A stretch of 33,392 nucleotides of DNA from Pseudobdellovibrionaceae bacterium (GTDB taxonomy: Bacteria; Bdellovibrionota; Bdellovibrionia; Bdellovibrionales; UBA1609), in contig JBEIHA010000001.1 in NCBI GenBank assembly GCA_040381635.1, positions 1 to 33,392 of the forward strand, given 5' to 3'. This document shows, in pieces, positions 1 through 9,394 of this stretch (positions are counted from its first letter, which is position 1; the number at the start of each line of letters is the position of its first letter). The translations under genes and the position numbers were made by a program. A model generated the notes under the pieces. It was not told the DNA's origin. It saw only the letters and a program-made list of their open reading frames with translations, and searched no databases.

Positions 1-2
1 TG

Positions 3-392
3 CTCGCGCCGTTGACCAGCACACCGAGCGAACGACAAAAAGCTCTGTATAAGTATATGCAACTGCAGGCGCGCGAAGTTTTCACCAATCGCGTGGAAAC
101 TTTCAGTAAACAGATGGGCTTATATCCTTCGTCGGTCTCGGTGCGCGGTCAAAAGACACGTTGGGGCAGATGCTCCAGCGAGGGCCGCGTGAACCTCAAT
201 TGGAAACTGCTGGCCGCACCGCCGGAAGTTATCGACTACGTTGTGATTCATGAATTGGCTCACTTGAAACATATGAATCACTCCGTGCATTTTTGGGATT
301 TAGTGAACGACCATTTTCCGGGCCACCGGGAAGCGAAGAAATGGCTTAAGTCGAATGAGGCCGAAATCGCCGTACAATTCAAAAAGCCCTAA
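3..392 (+). CDS. YgjP/DUF45-family metal-dependent hydrolase (M48-like), 5'-truncated by the window edge
   Basis: The frame is open to the window start. The C-terminal half reads RWGRCSS..NLNWKL..PPEVIDYVVIHELAHLKHMNHSVHFW, with an HExxH zinc motif in the context typical of YgjP/DUF45. Confidence 0.75.
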   Translation, partial: LAPLTSTPSERQKALYKYMQLQAREVFTNRVETFSKQMGLYPSSVSVRGQKTRWGRCSSEGRVNLNWKLLAAPPEVIDYVVIHELAHLKHMNHSVHFWDLVNDHFPGHREAKKWLKSNEAEIAVQFKKP

Positions 393-518
393 AGGGTCAC
401 CGCCCTGTAAATACTTTAGATCAGATCGCAAGTGACGCTTTGGCTGACGGCCCCAGGATTGCTCTTTCATCACTTGTTAGAAAACCGGCCAAGATGGCCA
501 GTGAAAGGAAGTTCAAGG

Positions 519-953
519 ATGAACTTATGGAGATTAAGCGCGCTGACCGCTTTCGGCGCTGTTACCGGATTGTGCGTCAACTACGCTCATTCACAAAGTC
601 AGCAGACAAAAATATGGAAATCCTCGGCGTGGCTGGGAAGCTGTTCGCTGAAGGCTTTTAATGTCGAGGGGCAAACTTGGGAATTCCAACCTGCGGGTTT
701 GTCACGCACGCGCTTTCAAGCCGGCTGGCCGACGGATGCCGGGGAGCTTTGGTTGACCACGGGGTCTAAAGCAAAGCCTTGGGAACCACTGGTTGGTGGA
801 GAGCCCGTCGATCCAGACGAAACCTTGCTGATCAAATTTTCGAAAATCGCAGGAAAGATCGAACCCGTTTCCTATGTTTACGACAACGTAAAGCTACGTA
901 AGGAAACCAAGGGCACCATCCAACCCAAAGTCTGCGCTCTACAAAAACGCTAA
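519..953 (+). CDS. Small secreted hypothetical protein
   Basis: An internal ATG gives [25 protein letters not shown], a signal-peptide-like N-terminus. AAGGAAG lies upstream. I recognise no family. The start choice is inferred. Confidence 0.45.
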   Translation: MNLWRLSALTAFGAVTGLCVNYAHSQSQQTKIWKSSAWLGSCSLKAFNVEGQTWEFQPAGLSRTRFQAGWPTDAGELWLTTGSKAKPWEPLVGGEPVDPDETLLIKFSKIAGKIEPVSYVYDNVKLRKETKGTIQPKVCALQKR

Positions 954-1321
954 ACTTTTTTTGCATACTCGTGGTGGATTTCTTTGATGTCATTTTTGGC
1001 ATCGACCATCACGAGTTGGGGTTTGTAGGCGAAGGCCTCTTCCTGCTCAAATTCGGCGAAGCTAGCGATGATCACTAAGTCGCCCTTGTGGACTTTCCGC
1101 GCCGCCGCTCCATTCAAACAAATCTCACCCGCTTCACCGTAGATCACATAGGTCGCGAAACGTTCGCCGTTGTTGCAATTGTAGATTTCGACGCGCTCAA
1201 AGGGAATCAAGCGTGCGGCTTCGCACAACTTCGGATCGATAGAAATGGACCCTTCGTAGTTCAGATTGGCGTCGGTAACGGTCGCACGGTGGATTTTGGA
1301 TTTCAATAACGTCAGTCTCAT
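950..1321 (-). CDS. panD: Aspartate 1-decarboxylase proenzyme
   Basis: [29 protein letters not shown] contains the Gly-Ser self-cleavage site and aligns along its length with E. coli PanD. GAGAGGAAAA (SD-like GAGG) lies upstream of the ATG at 1321. Confidence 0.9.
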   Translation of the reverse strand: MRLTLLKSKIHRATVTDANLNYEGSISIDPKLCEAARLIPFERVEIYNCNNGERFATYVIYGEAGEICLNGAAARKVHKGDLVIIASFAEFEQEEAFAYKPQLVMVDAKNDIKEIHHEYAKKV

Positions 1322-1332
1322 AGTTTTTCCTC

Positions 1333-2103
1333 TCACATGTTCATCTTCAAGGCTTGGTGTAAGCCGTGAAGAACTAAATCGGGGTTTTCTTCGTCAAAAA
1401 TTCCAGCTTTCGTGAACATCGAGGCGATCCCGCCGGTGCCGATGATCTTTGGGCTCTTGCCGCCGAAGGCTTCGTCGATAATCCGACCACCAATTTCCTT
1501 CACCTGGCCGATCGTGCCGAAATAAAGTCCGCTTTGGATGCTTTCGACGGTGGTTTTGGCAAGGCAGGTCTCGGGCCTGACGATTTCAACCGTGGGTAGG
1601 CGAGAAGTGCGTTGCTCGAGCGCCTCGGCCGAGATGCCGATGCCGGCGATGATCACGCCGCCTAAGTATTCTTTCTCAGCGGTAACAGCGCAGAAGGTGG
1701 TGGCCGTGCCAAAGTCGATGATCAAAAGATTTTTGCCGGGATACTTGTGCGTGCCCGCGATGGCATTGGCAATTCGGTCCGCGCCGACCTCCAGGGGATT
1801 CTTGTATTTCACTTTCAAGCCGGTCTTTACGCCCGCCTGAAGGATAAATGGATTCAGGTTGAAATACTTAAGGCAGGCGTTTTTCACCGAATGCAGAACT
1901 TCGGGAACTACCGTACAAATAGAGACTTGCTTGATGTCCGAGTGCGCGATGTCGTTTTCGCGCAGGACCGAGCGCAAGAAAATGCCGATCTCGTCACTCG
2001 AAGCGCCGGTGCGCGAGTTACGTCGGAAGCGAAGGCGGATCTTGTCGTCGTCGAAGACGCCCCCAAAGATTTGTGTGTTACCCACGTCGAGAGAAAGAAT
2101 CAT
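1333..2103 (-). CDS. coaX: Type III pantothenate kinase
   Basis: The N-terminus [17 protein letters not shown] and the [10 protein letters not shown] motif are typical of CoaX (ASKHA fold). It overlaps coaBC by 4 nt. Confidence 0.88.
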   Translation of the reverse strand: MILSLDVGNTQIFGGVFDDDKIRLRFRRNSRTGASSDEIGIFLRSVLRENDIAHSDIKQVSICTVVPEVLHSVKNACLKYFNLNPFILQAGVKTGLKVKYKNPLEVGADRIANAIAGTHKYPGKNLLIIDFGTATTFCAVTAEKEYLGGVIIAGIGISAEALEQRTSRLPTVEIVRPETCLAKTTVESIQSGLYFGTIGQVKEIGGRIIDEAFGGKSPKIIGTGGIASMFTKAGIFDEENPDLVLHGLHQALKMNM

Positions 2104-3296
2104 ATGTTTTTATCTCCTTTGAGGAAGAGCTCGTTCACTATTTCTGAAAGCTGATTCAATTCTTCAAAAGGTCGGGCTGATCCAAAGGTCAGTAGAACGC
2201 CTGGATGTTTCCTGCGATCGGCGCTGACCGAAGACCAGTCGTTGGCCACCACGGCATCGACGCTGTCGCTGATCAATGCGCGCGCCAGTTTTTCGGTTTC
2301 GCCTTCCGCCCTGTTCAAGGTCAGTTTAAAGCCGACCACTTTGATCTCTTTCGACCGCGAATACTCTTTTAAACGCGGCAGGATTTTAAAATTAGCTTTC
2401 AACTTTAGATTCATCTCGCGATCGCTTTGCAATTTGATGTCTCGGTTCGCGAGTCCACCATTCACTTCCGAAACCGAGTAATCGCTTACCGCCGCAGCGT
2501 GAATGACTCCAGAATAGTCCCGGCCTTTCAGTTCTGCGATCAGAGTTTGATCGAGTTCGTTAAAGCTGCCGTAGGACAAGTTGCGAGATTTTGTTTGGGG
2601 CAGTATCGCGCCTAGACCGTGCACGTAAGTGACGGCCCAGCCTTTCGCACTGAGCTGATCCGCCAGCCGCGCGCCGGTTTGCCCGGTACTGGCGTTCGAA
2701 ATGTAGCGGATTCCGTCGATCGGTTCGCGCGTCGCGCCCGACGTGATCAAGATTTCTCCGAGGGATTTTTGTTTCAGCCGCTGCAGAATTTCTTCTGGCT
2801 CAAGTAGTCGACCGGCGCCCTCTTCGCCGCAGGCCAAATTTCCCGCCTCCGTTTCGTGGACGGTGAAGCCACGTTGGTTCAATCGCGAGAGACTGTCTTG
2901 CGTGATCGGATTTTTTAGCATTTCTAAGTTCATCGCTGGAAATACATGCAGCGGTTTTCCCTGTGGCCAAGCCAGCAGGAGATTTTCAACGAGCCCATCA
3001 CCCAAGCCTTGGGCCACGCGGTTGCACATATTCGCGCTGGCCGGACAAAGTAGCCCATAGTCGGCCCAGCGACTTAAGTGGATATGATCCATGGCGCGAC
3101 CATGCTCCCATAAATCCGACAGCACCGGCTTACCGGTTAGCCCCTCTAGAGTGGCGCTACCCACGAACTTTAAGGCCGAGGGCGTGGCCACTGCTTGGAC
3201 TTCGTGGCCCTCTTGTACCAGACGTGAAATCACTTGGCAGGCCTTGTAGGCCGCAATCGATCCCGAAAGAATAAAAAGAACTTTAGATTTCGACAT
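2100..3296 (-). CDS. coaBC: Bifunctional phosphopantothenoylcysteine decarboxylase / phosphopantothenate-cysteine ligase
   Basis: The N-terminal flavoprotein domain reads [15 protein letters not shown]. The C-terminal ligase domain reads [22 protein letters not shown]. The length of 398 aa is typical of Dfp/CoaBC. Confidence 0.9.
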   Translation of the reverse strand: MSKSKVLFILSGSIAAYKACQVISRLVQEGHEVQAVATPSALKFVGSATLEGLTGKPVLSDLWEHGRAMDHIHLSRWADYGLLCPASANMCNRVAQGLGDGLVENLLLAWPQGKPLHVFPAMNLEMLKNPITQDSLSRLNQRGFTVHETEAGNLACGEEGAGRLLEPEEILQRLKQKSLGEILITSGATREPIDGIRYISNASTGQTGARLADQLSAKGWAVTYVHGLGAILPQTKSRNLSYGSFNELDQTLIAELKGRDYSGVIHAAAVSDYSVSEVNGGLANRDIKLQSDREMNLKLKANFKILPRLKEYSRSKEIKVVGFKLTLNRAEGETEKLARALISDSVDAVVANDWSSVSADRRKHPGVLLTFGSARPFEELNQLSEIVNELFLKGDKNI

Positions 3297-4068
3297 TATC
3301 GATCAACCTCACGTCACCCAAAGAAGCGGCGCCCAATCTGCGGCCCCATTGTTCTTCGATGTAATCCACTGAGAAACCCACATTTTCCAATTCACGTCGC
3401 GCGTCCGCAGGCGTCGCCGCATTTTTGAGAGCGCGGTAAAGCGAGGGCGCGATCTCCCGCTGCTGGGGAGTAAGACGCAAATTGCGCGAGCTCATCGCCA
3501 ATCCATCGGGTTCACGAAACGTTGGGCAGGGGACCACCTCGACGTTCATAAAAAACGTGCGCACCATTTCTTCGATCAGTTTCAATTGCTGAAAATCTTT
3601 CTCGCCGAAGTAAGCCTTATCCGGATTAACTAAGTTGAAAAGCTTCATCACGACCGTCAGCACGCCTTCGAAATGTCCCGCGCGGTGCGCACCGCAAAGA
3701 ACTTTGCTGAATTCTTTCTCGCGCACTTCGAAGCGGTAGTTGTCGGCGTAAATATCGATGGGCTTAGGCAAGAAAACATAATCAACTCCTACCGCTTTTA
3801 AGCCAGCCAAATCTTCGTCCAAGGGCCGCGGATACTTTTCCAAGTCTTTGGGGTCATTGAATTGAGTGGGATTAACGAAAATACTGACGAAGACCACATC
3901 GCAGTCTTTGCGCGCACGCTCGACCAGCGCATAGTGGCCTTCGTGCAAAGCCCCCATAGTAGGGACAAAGCCGACGGTCCCGGTCACGTTCCGGCGCACC
4001 TCGGTCAGGTGCTCGGCGCTTTCGACTCTGACGCATTGAGCTGCAGAAAAGGCTCCGACGCTTTTCAT
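3283..4068 (-). CDS. panC: Pantoate-beta-alanine ligase
   Basis: VPTMGALHEGHYALV (HIGH-type motif) and the SSRN motif (MSSRNLRL) are present. The gene sits between panB and coaBC with overlapping stop and start codons. Confidence 0.9.
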   Translation of the reverse strand: MKSVGAFSAAQCVRVESAEHLTEVRRNVTGTVGFVPTMGALHEGHYALVERARKDCDVVFVSIFVNPTQFNDPKDLEKYPRPLDEDLAGLKAVGVDYVFLPKPIDIYADNYRFEVREKEFSKVLCGAHRAGHFEGVLTVVMKLFNLVNPDKAYFGEKDFQQLKLIEEMVRTFFMNVEVVPCPTFREPDGLAMSSRNLRLTPQQREIAPSLYRALKNAATPADARRELENVGFSVDYIEEQWGRRLGAASLGDVRLIDNVEI

Positions 4069-4853
4069 TCGTACGTCTCTTTCTCGGTGGGGAATTTGCC
4101 GCTGAGGACGTCTTCGTGGAAGTGGTTGAGGGCGGCGGTGATTTGTTCTGCGCCGTTCATGTAGGGGCGGACAAACTTGGGGCGGAAGCCGGTGGTCAGT
4201 CCAAGAAGATCTTGTAGGACTAAGACTTGTCCGTCACAGGCCGATCCTGCGCCGATGCCGATAGTCGGGATTTTTAAGGTTGAAGTGACCTCAGCGGCCA
4301 AATCGCCGGGCACGCATTCTAAAACGACGGCGAAAGCGCCAGCCTCTTCAAGGCCGCGAGCTTCGCTGATGATTTTTTTCTTCTGATCAATGCTTCGGCC
4401 CTGCACTTTGAAACCACCGAAGGCGTTCATAAATTGCGGAGTCAGGCCCACGTGGCCCATCACGGGTACGCCCGAGTCGGTCAGCAGTTTTACGAGGGGC
4501 CCATTGCCGTCGAAGCCTTCGAGTTTCACCGCGTGGGCGCCCGCTTGCATAAGTTTTCGCACTCCATCTAAATTGGATTGCAAATCTCCCCGGTAAGAAA
4601 GGAAGGGCAAATCCGCCACGATGAATTTTTTGGGGGCGCCCCGTCGCACGGCCCCGGTGTGAACGGCGATCGCTTCGATGGTCGACGGAATCGTATCGTC
4701 AAAGCCATGCATAACCATCGCCGAGCTGTCGCCCACCAAGAGAATGTCGATCGGCGATTCGTTCAGAATTTTTGCCGACCAAGCGTCGTAGCAGGTGACC
4801 ATGCTTAGCTTTCGGCCTTCGCTTTTTCTTTTTTTAAGTTCGACGATGTTCAT
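4065..4853 (-). CDS. panB: 3-methyl-2-oxobutanoate hydroxymethyltransferase
   Basis: MVTCYDAWSAKIL..LLVGDS..VADLPFLSY..VKLEG..GHVGLTPQ is the canonical PanB motif series. Confidence 0.9.
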   Translation of the reverse strand: MNIVELKKRKSEGRKLSMVTCYDAWSAKILNESPIDILLVGDSSAMVMHGFDDTIPSTIEAIAVHTGAVRRGAPKKFIVADLPFLSYRGDLQSNLDGVRKLMQAGAHAVKLEGFDGNGPLVKLLTDSGVPVMGHVGLTPQFMNAFGGFKVQGRSIDQKKKIISEARGLEEAGAFAVVLECVPGDLAAEVTSTLKIPTIGIGAGSACDGQVLVLQDLLGLTTGFRPKFVRPYMNGAEQITAALNHFHEDVLSGKFPTEKETYE

Positions 4854-5632
4854 AAAAGGGTCTCCGGAACTTTGATGCCGGCGTAGGCCGACTGGTTAAG
4901 AAATCCGCGGTAGGCCGCGGCGAGGGAGGGATTGGAATCGAGCGATTCAAGATGCGCGCGCACCGCCGCCCAGTCACCGCGCGCGACCGGCCCGGTGGCC
5001 AGACTGCGGGCGTCGGGGCTTAAGGCATTGGCCACCACTTGGTGCAAGAAGGGGGCGAGAATCTCGGCGGGTAATTCCAAACCGTCGCGAAATTCTTCGG
5101 CGATTTTCTGCCAAAGTAGAAAGGTAGAATTCCCGGCGAGCGCGCAAAGCGCGTGGTAAAGGGGACGCTGGGCGGGGCGGATTGAAAAGCTGGGATTGGG
5201 GAAGCCGGGTAAGATTTCGGAAAACTCGACACCGTGGTCTGTAACGAAAGGAATTTCGCGACACCAGCCGGCGCTTGGTTGCGTTGATCCAAAAGTCATC
5301 AGCGGATGGGCACAGGCGACACCCGGTACGCTTGCGGACCCCGAAAAATGCACAAGTCTTCGCTCGCTCGGCAGTCTCACCGCGAGCTCGGTCAATGCGG
5401 GATCGCTCACGGCCAACAGGATATGAGAGGCATTTTGCACCGTCGCGATCAGGCGCACCCGTTGATCCCGACTTGGCAAAATTTTACCCGCGCCGAAATT
5501 AAATTCGGGATCGCCGTTTCGTGACCAGGCGGTAAAGGGCAAGTTCAAATGTTTTAGGTAGACTTTAAAGTGGTGAGCGACTTTGCCCGAGCCAAGAAGT
5601 GCGTAGGATGTAAAAACCGAACGTTTAACCAT
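4850..5632 (-). CDS. Rossmann-like plus DUF2520-type oxidoreductase; candidate ketopantoate reductase of the operon
   Basis: The N-terminus has LLGSGKVAHHF (a GxGxxA dinucleotide-binding loop). The C-terminus has TGPVARGDW, which I associate with DUF2520. It is the first gene of the pan operon and overlaps panB by 4 nt. The ATG at 5632 is preferred over the TTG at 5656. Confidence 0.6.
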   Translation of the reverse strand: MVKRSVFTSYALLGSGKVAHHFKVYLKHLNLPFTAWSRNGDPEFNFGAGKILPSRDQRVRLIATVQNASHILLAVSDPALTELAVRLPSERRLVHFSGSASVPGVACAHPLMTFGSTQPSAGWCREIPFVTDHGVEFSEILPGFPNPSFSIRPAQRPLYHALCALAGNSTFLLWQKIAEEFRDGLELPAEILAPFLHQVVANALSPDARSLATGPVARGDWAAVRAHLESLDSNPSLAAAYRGFLNQSAYAGIKVPETLL

Positions 5633-5668
5633 GTGGTACCTGTCCTTCGGGATCAAGTCCGTTAGGCC

Positions 5669-5699
5669 TTAAATTGCGCTTAAGGACTAAGCTTGTCAA
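5669..5699 (-). promoter_or_regulatory. Possible promoter of the pan/CoA operon (perfect -35 only)
   Basis: The minus strand has a perfect TTGACA (plus-strand tgtcaa, 5694-5699). Only weak AT-rich -10 options (CAATTT / AATTTA / ATTTAA) lie 17-19 nt downstream. Confidence 0.25.
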
Positions 5700-5757
5700 C
5701 GCGGACTCAGCGCGCTGGGCCTTGATCCGGTGTGACATAAGGGCTAATTTCACGCCT

Positions 5758-6435
5758 ATGTCCCGATGGATTTGGATCATCATCGCCTTCAGCGTCAGTA
5801 CCGGCGTCTATTTCACGATAAGATTTGGACTGCGCCCCAAGCCCATTCCGGTGATGCATCCGACTCAGTTCGAAGACCCCGAGCAAATTGGCATCGCGGT
5901 TTACAAGCGCCTGCGCCAAAACGTGCGCGCCGATCGGGTGGTGGTTTTAGGTTCTAGTCCCGGCGCCGAAGAGGACTCACAAATCTGGTTGGGTTTTGAA
6001 AAAGCGGCTTCCGCAGACAATGAATCGGTGGTGATTATGCCGCTAAAAGAAGTCACCGACAAAGAAGCGTTCTTCGCTAAAATTCAAGACTTTGTAAAAT
6101 CGCGCAAGCTGGTTTTGATTACCGGGGTCACCCCGGAAATTTCGCACTTAGTGGCTGATTCTTGGACCAGGCAGATCGAGAAAGCCCGCAAGCACCCCGT
6201 TCTTTCTATCGCCGTGCAAAGGCTGGCGGTGACCACGCCCGAATACGACGACGTGCAAACTCAATGTTTGGATGCGACCAAAGAAGACAACGGCCAGCAC
6301 AAATTGGAATGCGCTTCGCAGCGCGTGGCGCGAAAATATCTGAAGCGAAAGCTCGCCCCGAATCTTTTGTGGGGAGTGATGGAGCGGCACGGACTCAAGG
6401 AGTATCTGCTCTTCGTCCATCGTCCCAATTCTTAA
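5758..6435 (+). CDS. Hypothetical protein with N-terminal membrane anchor
   Basis: MSRWIWIIIAFSVSTGVYFTIRF is a single TM segment followed by a roughly 200 aa soluble part with no motif I recognise. The start is uncertain, since the ORF is open from the TTG at 5674. Confidence 0.4.
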   Translation: MSRWIWIIIAFSVSTGVYFTIRFGLRPKPIPVMHPTQFEDPEQIGIAVYKRLRQNVRADRVVVLGSSPGAEEDSQIWLGFEKAASADNESVVIMPLKEVTDKEAFFAKIQDFVKSRKLVLITGVTPEISHLVADSWTRQIEKARKHPVLSIAVQRLAVTTPEYDDVQTQCLDATKEDNGQHKLECASQRVARKYLKRKLAPNLLWGVMERHGLKEYLLFVHRPNS

Positions 6436-7829
6436 ACCTTGGGCTGGTGTTTAGCGATCTCTAGATCATGTGCTAAAGGCCTGCGCCAAGAGCGAAAATA
6501 GGTGCGCGGCGAAGTCGCCAGTAAATCGCTGAGCTTTGCCATATAAACGCAAGCAAAACGGTCGACCTGGTAAGCGAAGTAGCTTTCCTCGATGCCGGTA
6601 CGCATGACTTCACCCCAATAGGGATTGAAGAGCTGTTGCTGCTGTTTCAGCAAGGGTGAGACGGCTTTGTCGATCTCGGAAATCTCACCCAGCATCTTGT
6701 GGATCTCGTCCTCGTGGGTCTTTTTGCCCGTTTCAATCTGTTCAGAAATCAACTTGTCGATCCTGATTTCCAATGGGAACTTCTGATCCATCAATTGACT
6801 TACTTTATCGAGCAGCGGACCGGCTTGGCGTTCTTTATCGATTTCTTCTTCGAGCTCCTCGACGACCAAAGCGGTTCTCCACGCGAGATCTTTTTTCAAG
6901 CGCAGAACGTCGCCGTAGATATGATCGCCGATGTACAAAATCTCGTCGGGTGCCGCATCCAAATCGTTGGTGAAAACATTGGCCGAACCGCCCTGGTAAA
7001 TGCCAGGTTCGAGTTTGCGGTCCATGTTCGACATTAGACCGGTTTTTGGATCAATTTTCAGGAAGCGCTGATTGTCGATAAAGAAGCGGGGCTTTGCCGC
7101 CAGGGTGATGGTGATTTCAAACAGGTCTTCCCAGCTCTTGTGCTCTTTCACGAAGGGATTGATCGTGTAATCCAAAAGCAATTTCGAGTAACTGAAGTCT
7201 GAATTGGTGGCGATAAAAAGTTTTTTGCCGTGCTTTTTAAAGCGTTCTAAGCCTTCGACCAAGGCTTCGTCCTTGACGATGTATTTGTCCAAATTCTTAC
7301 GGACTTCGTCTTTGAGGGAACCATCGCGGTGAGCGCGGTCCAAAACAAAGTTCAAATCTTCTGCGATGTGTGCGTAATCGGGCAGGCTCGAATCTTCTTG
7401 CGAGTCCCGCAAGTCCACGAGTTGCATAAAGAGAGCTGCGTGAGCAATCGAAAACGCGGTGTCGATCGATACAAAATTGGGGTCGCGCAAATCGATGTAG
7501 ACCGATTTGTACAGGCGGCCTTGCTCCCGGTAATCGATGGCCTTCAAACCGTGGTAGGAAACTCGAATCGCGGAGTGTCTGCTAAGTTTGAGAGTGTTGC
7601 CTTTGGCTTTATCGATAATCAAACCGCGAATCGCGCGGTCGTAGAAAAATGGCAGCTTAAGAATGGACTCGGGGTAGCCTTTGTCGCGAACGAGTTTTTC
7701 GATCATCACGCGATGGGCGAGCGCTTCAAAGTTTTCGCTGTTGTAGCGAACAAGCGTATGGTCCATATCGAAACCGAGGTATTTGATTCGTTTCAAATTC
7801 AGAGTGCGATTGACGAAAACGCGTCCCAT
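6432..7829 (-). CDS. HAD-superfamily (subfamily IG) 5'-nucleotidase
   Basis: The N-terminus VFVNRTLNLKRIKYLGFDMDHTLVRYN carries the DxDxT HAD motif I in the context typical of cytosolic purine 5'-nucleotidase-like proteins. IATNSDF and YIGDHIYGD are the later HAD motifs. Confidence 0.8.
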   Translation of the reverse strand: MGRVFVNRTLNLKRIKYLGFDMDHTLVRYNSENFEALAHRVMIEKLVRDKGYPESILKLPFFYDRAIRGLIIDKAKGNTLKLSRHSAIRVSYHGLKAIDYREQGRLYKSVYIDLRDPNFVSIDTAFSIAHAALFMQLVDLRDSQEDSSLPDYAHIAEDLNFVLDRAHRDGSLKDEVRKNLDKYIVKDEALVEGLERFKKHGKKLFIATNSDFSYSKLLLDYTINPFVKEHKSWEDLFEITITLAAKPRFFIDNQRFLKIDPKTGLMSNMDRKLEPGIYQGGSANVFTNDLDAAPDEILYIGDHIYGDVLRLKKDLAWRTALVVEELEEEIDKERQAGPLLDKVSQLMDQKFPLEIRIDKLISEQIETGKKTHEDEIHKMLGEISEIDKAVSPLLKQQQQLFNPYWGEVMRTGIEESYFAYQVDRFACVYMAKLSDLLATSPRTYFRSWRRPLAHDLEIAKHQPKV

Positions 7830-7830
7830 A

Positions 7831-8205
7831 TTAAGAGTTTTTTCCTTCGGTCGGTAAGGCCAACTGATTCCACAAAAGCATACCGCCCTTCATGTTGTAG
7901 ACGTCGGTATAACCCTGTTCAATGGCAAAGGCCGTCGCGTTTGCCGAGCGACCGCCACTGCGGCAAATAAACACCACGGTTTTGTCCTTGGGTAGGTCAT
8001 CGATGGTTTGCGGTAGCATATCCAAAACCATGGGCTTAGCACCCGGGATATGTCCCAATTCGCCCGTAAATTCGTCGGGACGGCGCACATCCACGAGGAC
8101 CACGCGGTCCTTCTGTTCCCACAGCTCTTTGGGTTCGACGTCCGTCACACCAGGGAGGTTGGGATTGGTGCTTTTTGTGCGGAACTGCACGTTTTGACTA
8201 GCCAT
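7831..8205 (-). CDS. Single-domain rhodanese-like sulfurtransferase
   Basis: VDVRRPDEF..GHIPGA and the active-site loop CRSGGRS are present. AGGAG lies 7 nt upstream of the ATG. The stop is 1 nt from the start of the downstream nucleotidase gene. Confidence 0.8.
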   Translation of the reverse strand: MASQNVQFRTKSTNPNLPGVTDVEPKELWEQKDRVVLVDVRRPDEFTGELGHIPGAKPMVLDMLPQTIDDLPKDKTVVFICRSGGRSANATAFAIEQGYTDVYNMKGGMLLWNQLALPTEGKNS

Positions 8206-8227
8206 ATAATGCTCCTACGTTGAGATG

Positions 8228-8256
8228 ATTTAACCCCCTGGCGGCGCTCTTGTCAC
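8228..8256 (-). promoter_or_regulatory. Sigma-70-like promoter candidate for the rhodanese/5'-nucleotidase pair
   Basis: On the minus strand it reads GTGACA, a 17-nt spacer, then TTAAAT. The -10 element ends about 22 nt upstream of the ATG at 8205. Confidence 0.4.
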
Positions 8257-8323
8257 GGGCTTCATATCTTTACTTGGGCCGCGAATCATGGTCTTTTCGA
8301 GCGTAAATGACTACGGAGGACTT

Positions 8324-9394
8324 ATGATGGAATCCCCTCAGGAATCCAACCCAACGCAACTCGAAAACCCGCTCGGTTTAGACGGCATTGAATTCATCGA
8401 ATTCGCTACGCCGGACGTCGCGGCGCTGGAACAGATGTTTTTTAAATTTGGTTTTCAAAAAGTAGGACAGCACAAGCGCAAGCAGGTCACCCTGTATCGC
8501 CAGAACATGGTGAACTTCGTCATCAATAACGAACCGGGAACCTTCGCCGCCAAGTTTGCCAAACAGCATGGACCCTCCATTTGCGCGACGGGATTTCGCA
8601 CGAAAAGCGCGACTCGGGCGGTAGATCTCGCGGTTCAGCGCGGCGCCCGCGCCATCGAAACCAAAGGTGACGGCGCCAGCCACAGCTTTCCCGCGATTTA
8701 TGGAATTGGTGATTCAGCTGTTTACTTCGTCGATCGTTATCGTGGACCGGTGCACTTCGACGATGATTTCCGCTACTTGCAATCCGAGCGTTTCCCCAAG
8801 GGAAAAGGTCTGACGGTCATCGATCATTTGACCAACAATGTGCCCAAGGGCGAAATGCAGAAATGGTGCGATTTCTACCGCAACGTTTTTAATTTTCAGG
8901 AAGTGCGTAAGTTCGATATTAAGGGTGAAACCACCGGGCTCACGTCGAAGGTCATGCGTTCACCTTGTCAGAAGATCACCATACCTATCAACGAACCCAC
9001 CGAAGGAAAATCGCAGATCCAGGAGTACCTCGACGAATATCATGGCTCTGGTATTCAGCACTTGGCCATGATTACCGGTGATATTTTGAAGTCGGTTGGC
9101 CAATTACAAGAGGCGGGTATTGAATTTCTAGATGCCCCGCCCGAAACCTATTACGATGCACTTCCTGGCCGAGTACCCAACGTCAATGAAGACATGAACG
9201 AGATCCGTTCAAAGGCCGTGTTGGTCGACGGCGATGAGCAAGGCTACTTGCTGCAAATCTTCTCTAAGAATTTAATCGGACCCATTTTTTTCGAAATCAT
9301 TCAGCGCAAAGGGCACAATGGCTTTGGCGAGGGGAACTTCCAAGCCTTGTTTGATGCCATCGAGCGTGATCAACGTAAACGGGGATACCTCTAA
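8324..9394 (+). CDS. hppD: 4-hydroxyphenylpyruvate dioxygenase
   Basis: It aligns along its length with Pseudomonas HppD (NPLGLDGIEFIEF, IDHLTNNV, GIQHLA, QIFSK..GPIFFEIIQRKG..GFGEGNFQALFDAIERDQ). GGAGGA lies just upstream of the ATGATG at 8324/8327. The longer ORF start at 8288 is not preferred. Confidence 0.9.
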   Translation: MMESPQESNPTQLENPLGLDGIEFIEFATPDVAALEQMFFKFGFQKVGQHKRKQVTLYRQNMVNFVINNEPGTFAAKFAKQHGPSICATGFRTKSATRAVDLAVQRGARAIETKGDGASHSFPAIYGIGDSAVYFVDRYRGPVHFDDDFRYLQSERFPKGKGLTVIDHLTNNVPKGEMQKWCDFYRNVFNFQEVRKFDIKGETTGLTSKVMRSPCQKITIPINEPTEGKSQIQEYLDEYHGSGIQHLAMITGDILKSVGQLQEAGIEFLDAPPETYYDALPGRVPNVNEDMNEIRSKAVLVDGDEQGYLLQIFSKNLIGPIFFEIIQRKGHNGFGEGNFQALFDAIERDQRKRGYL

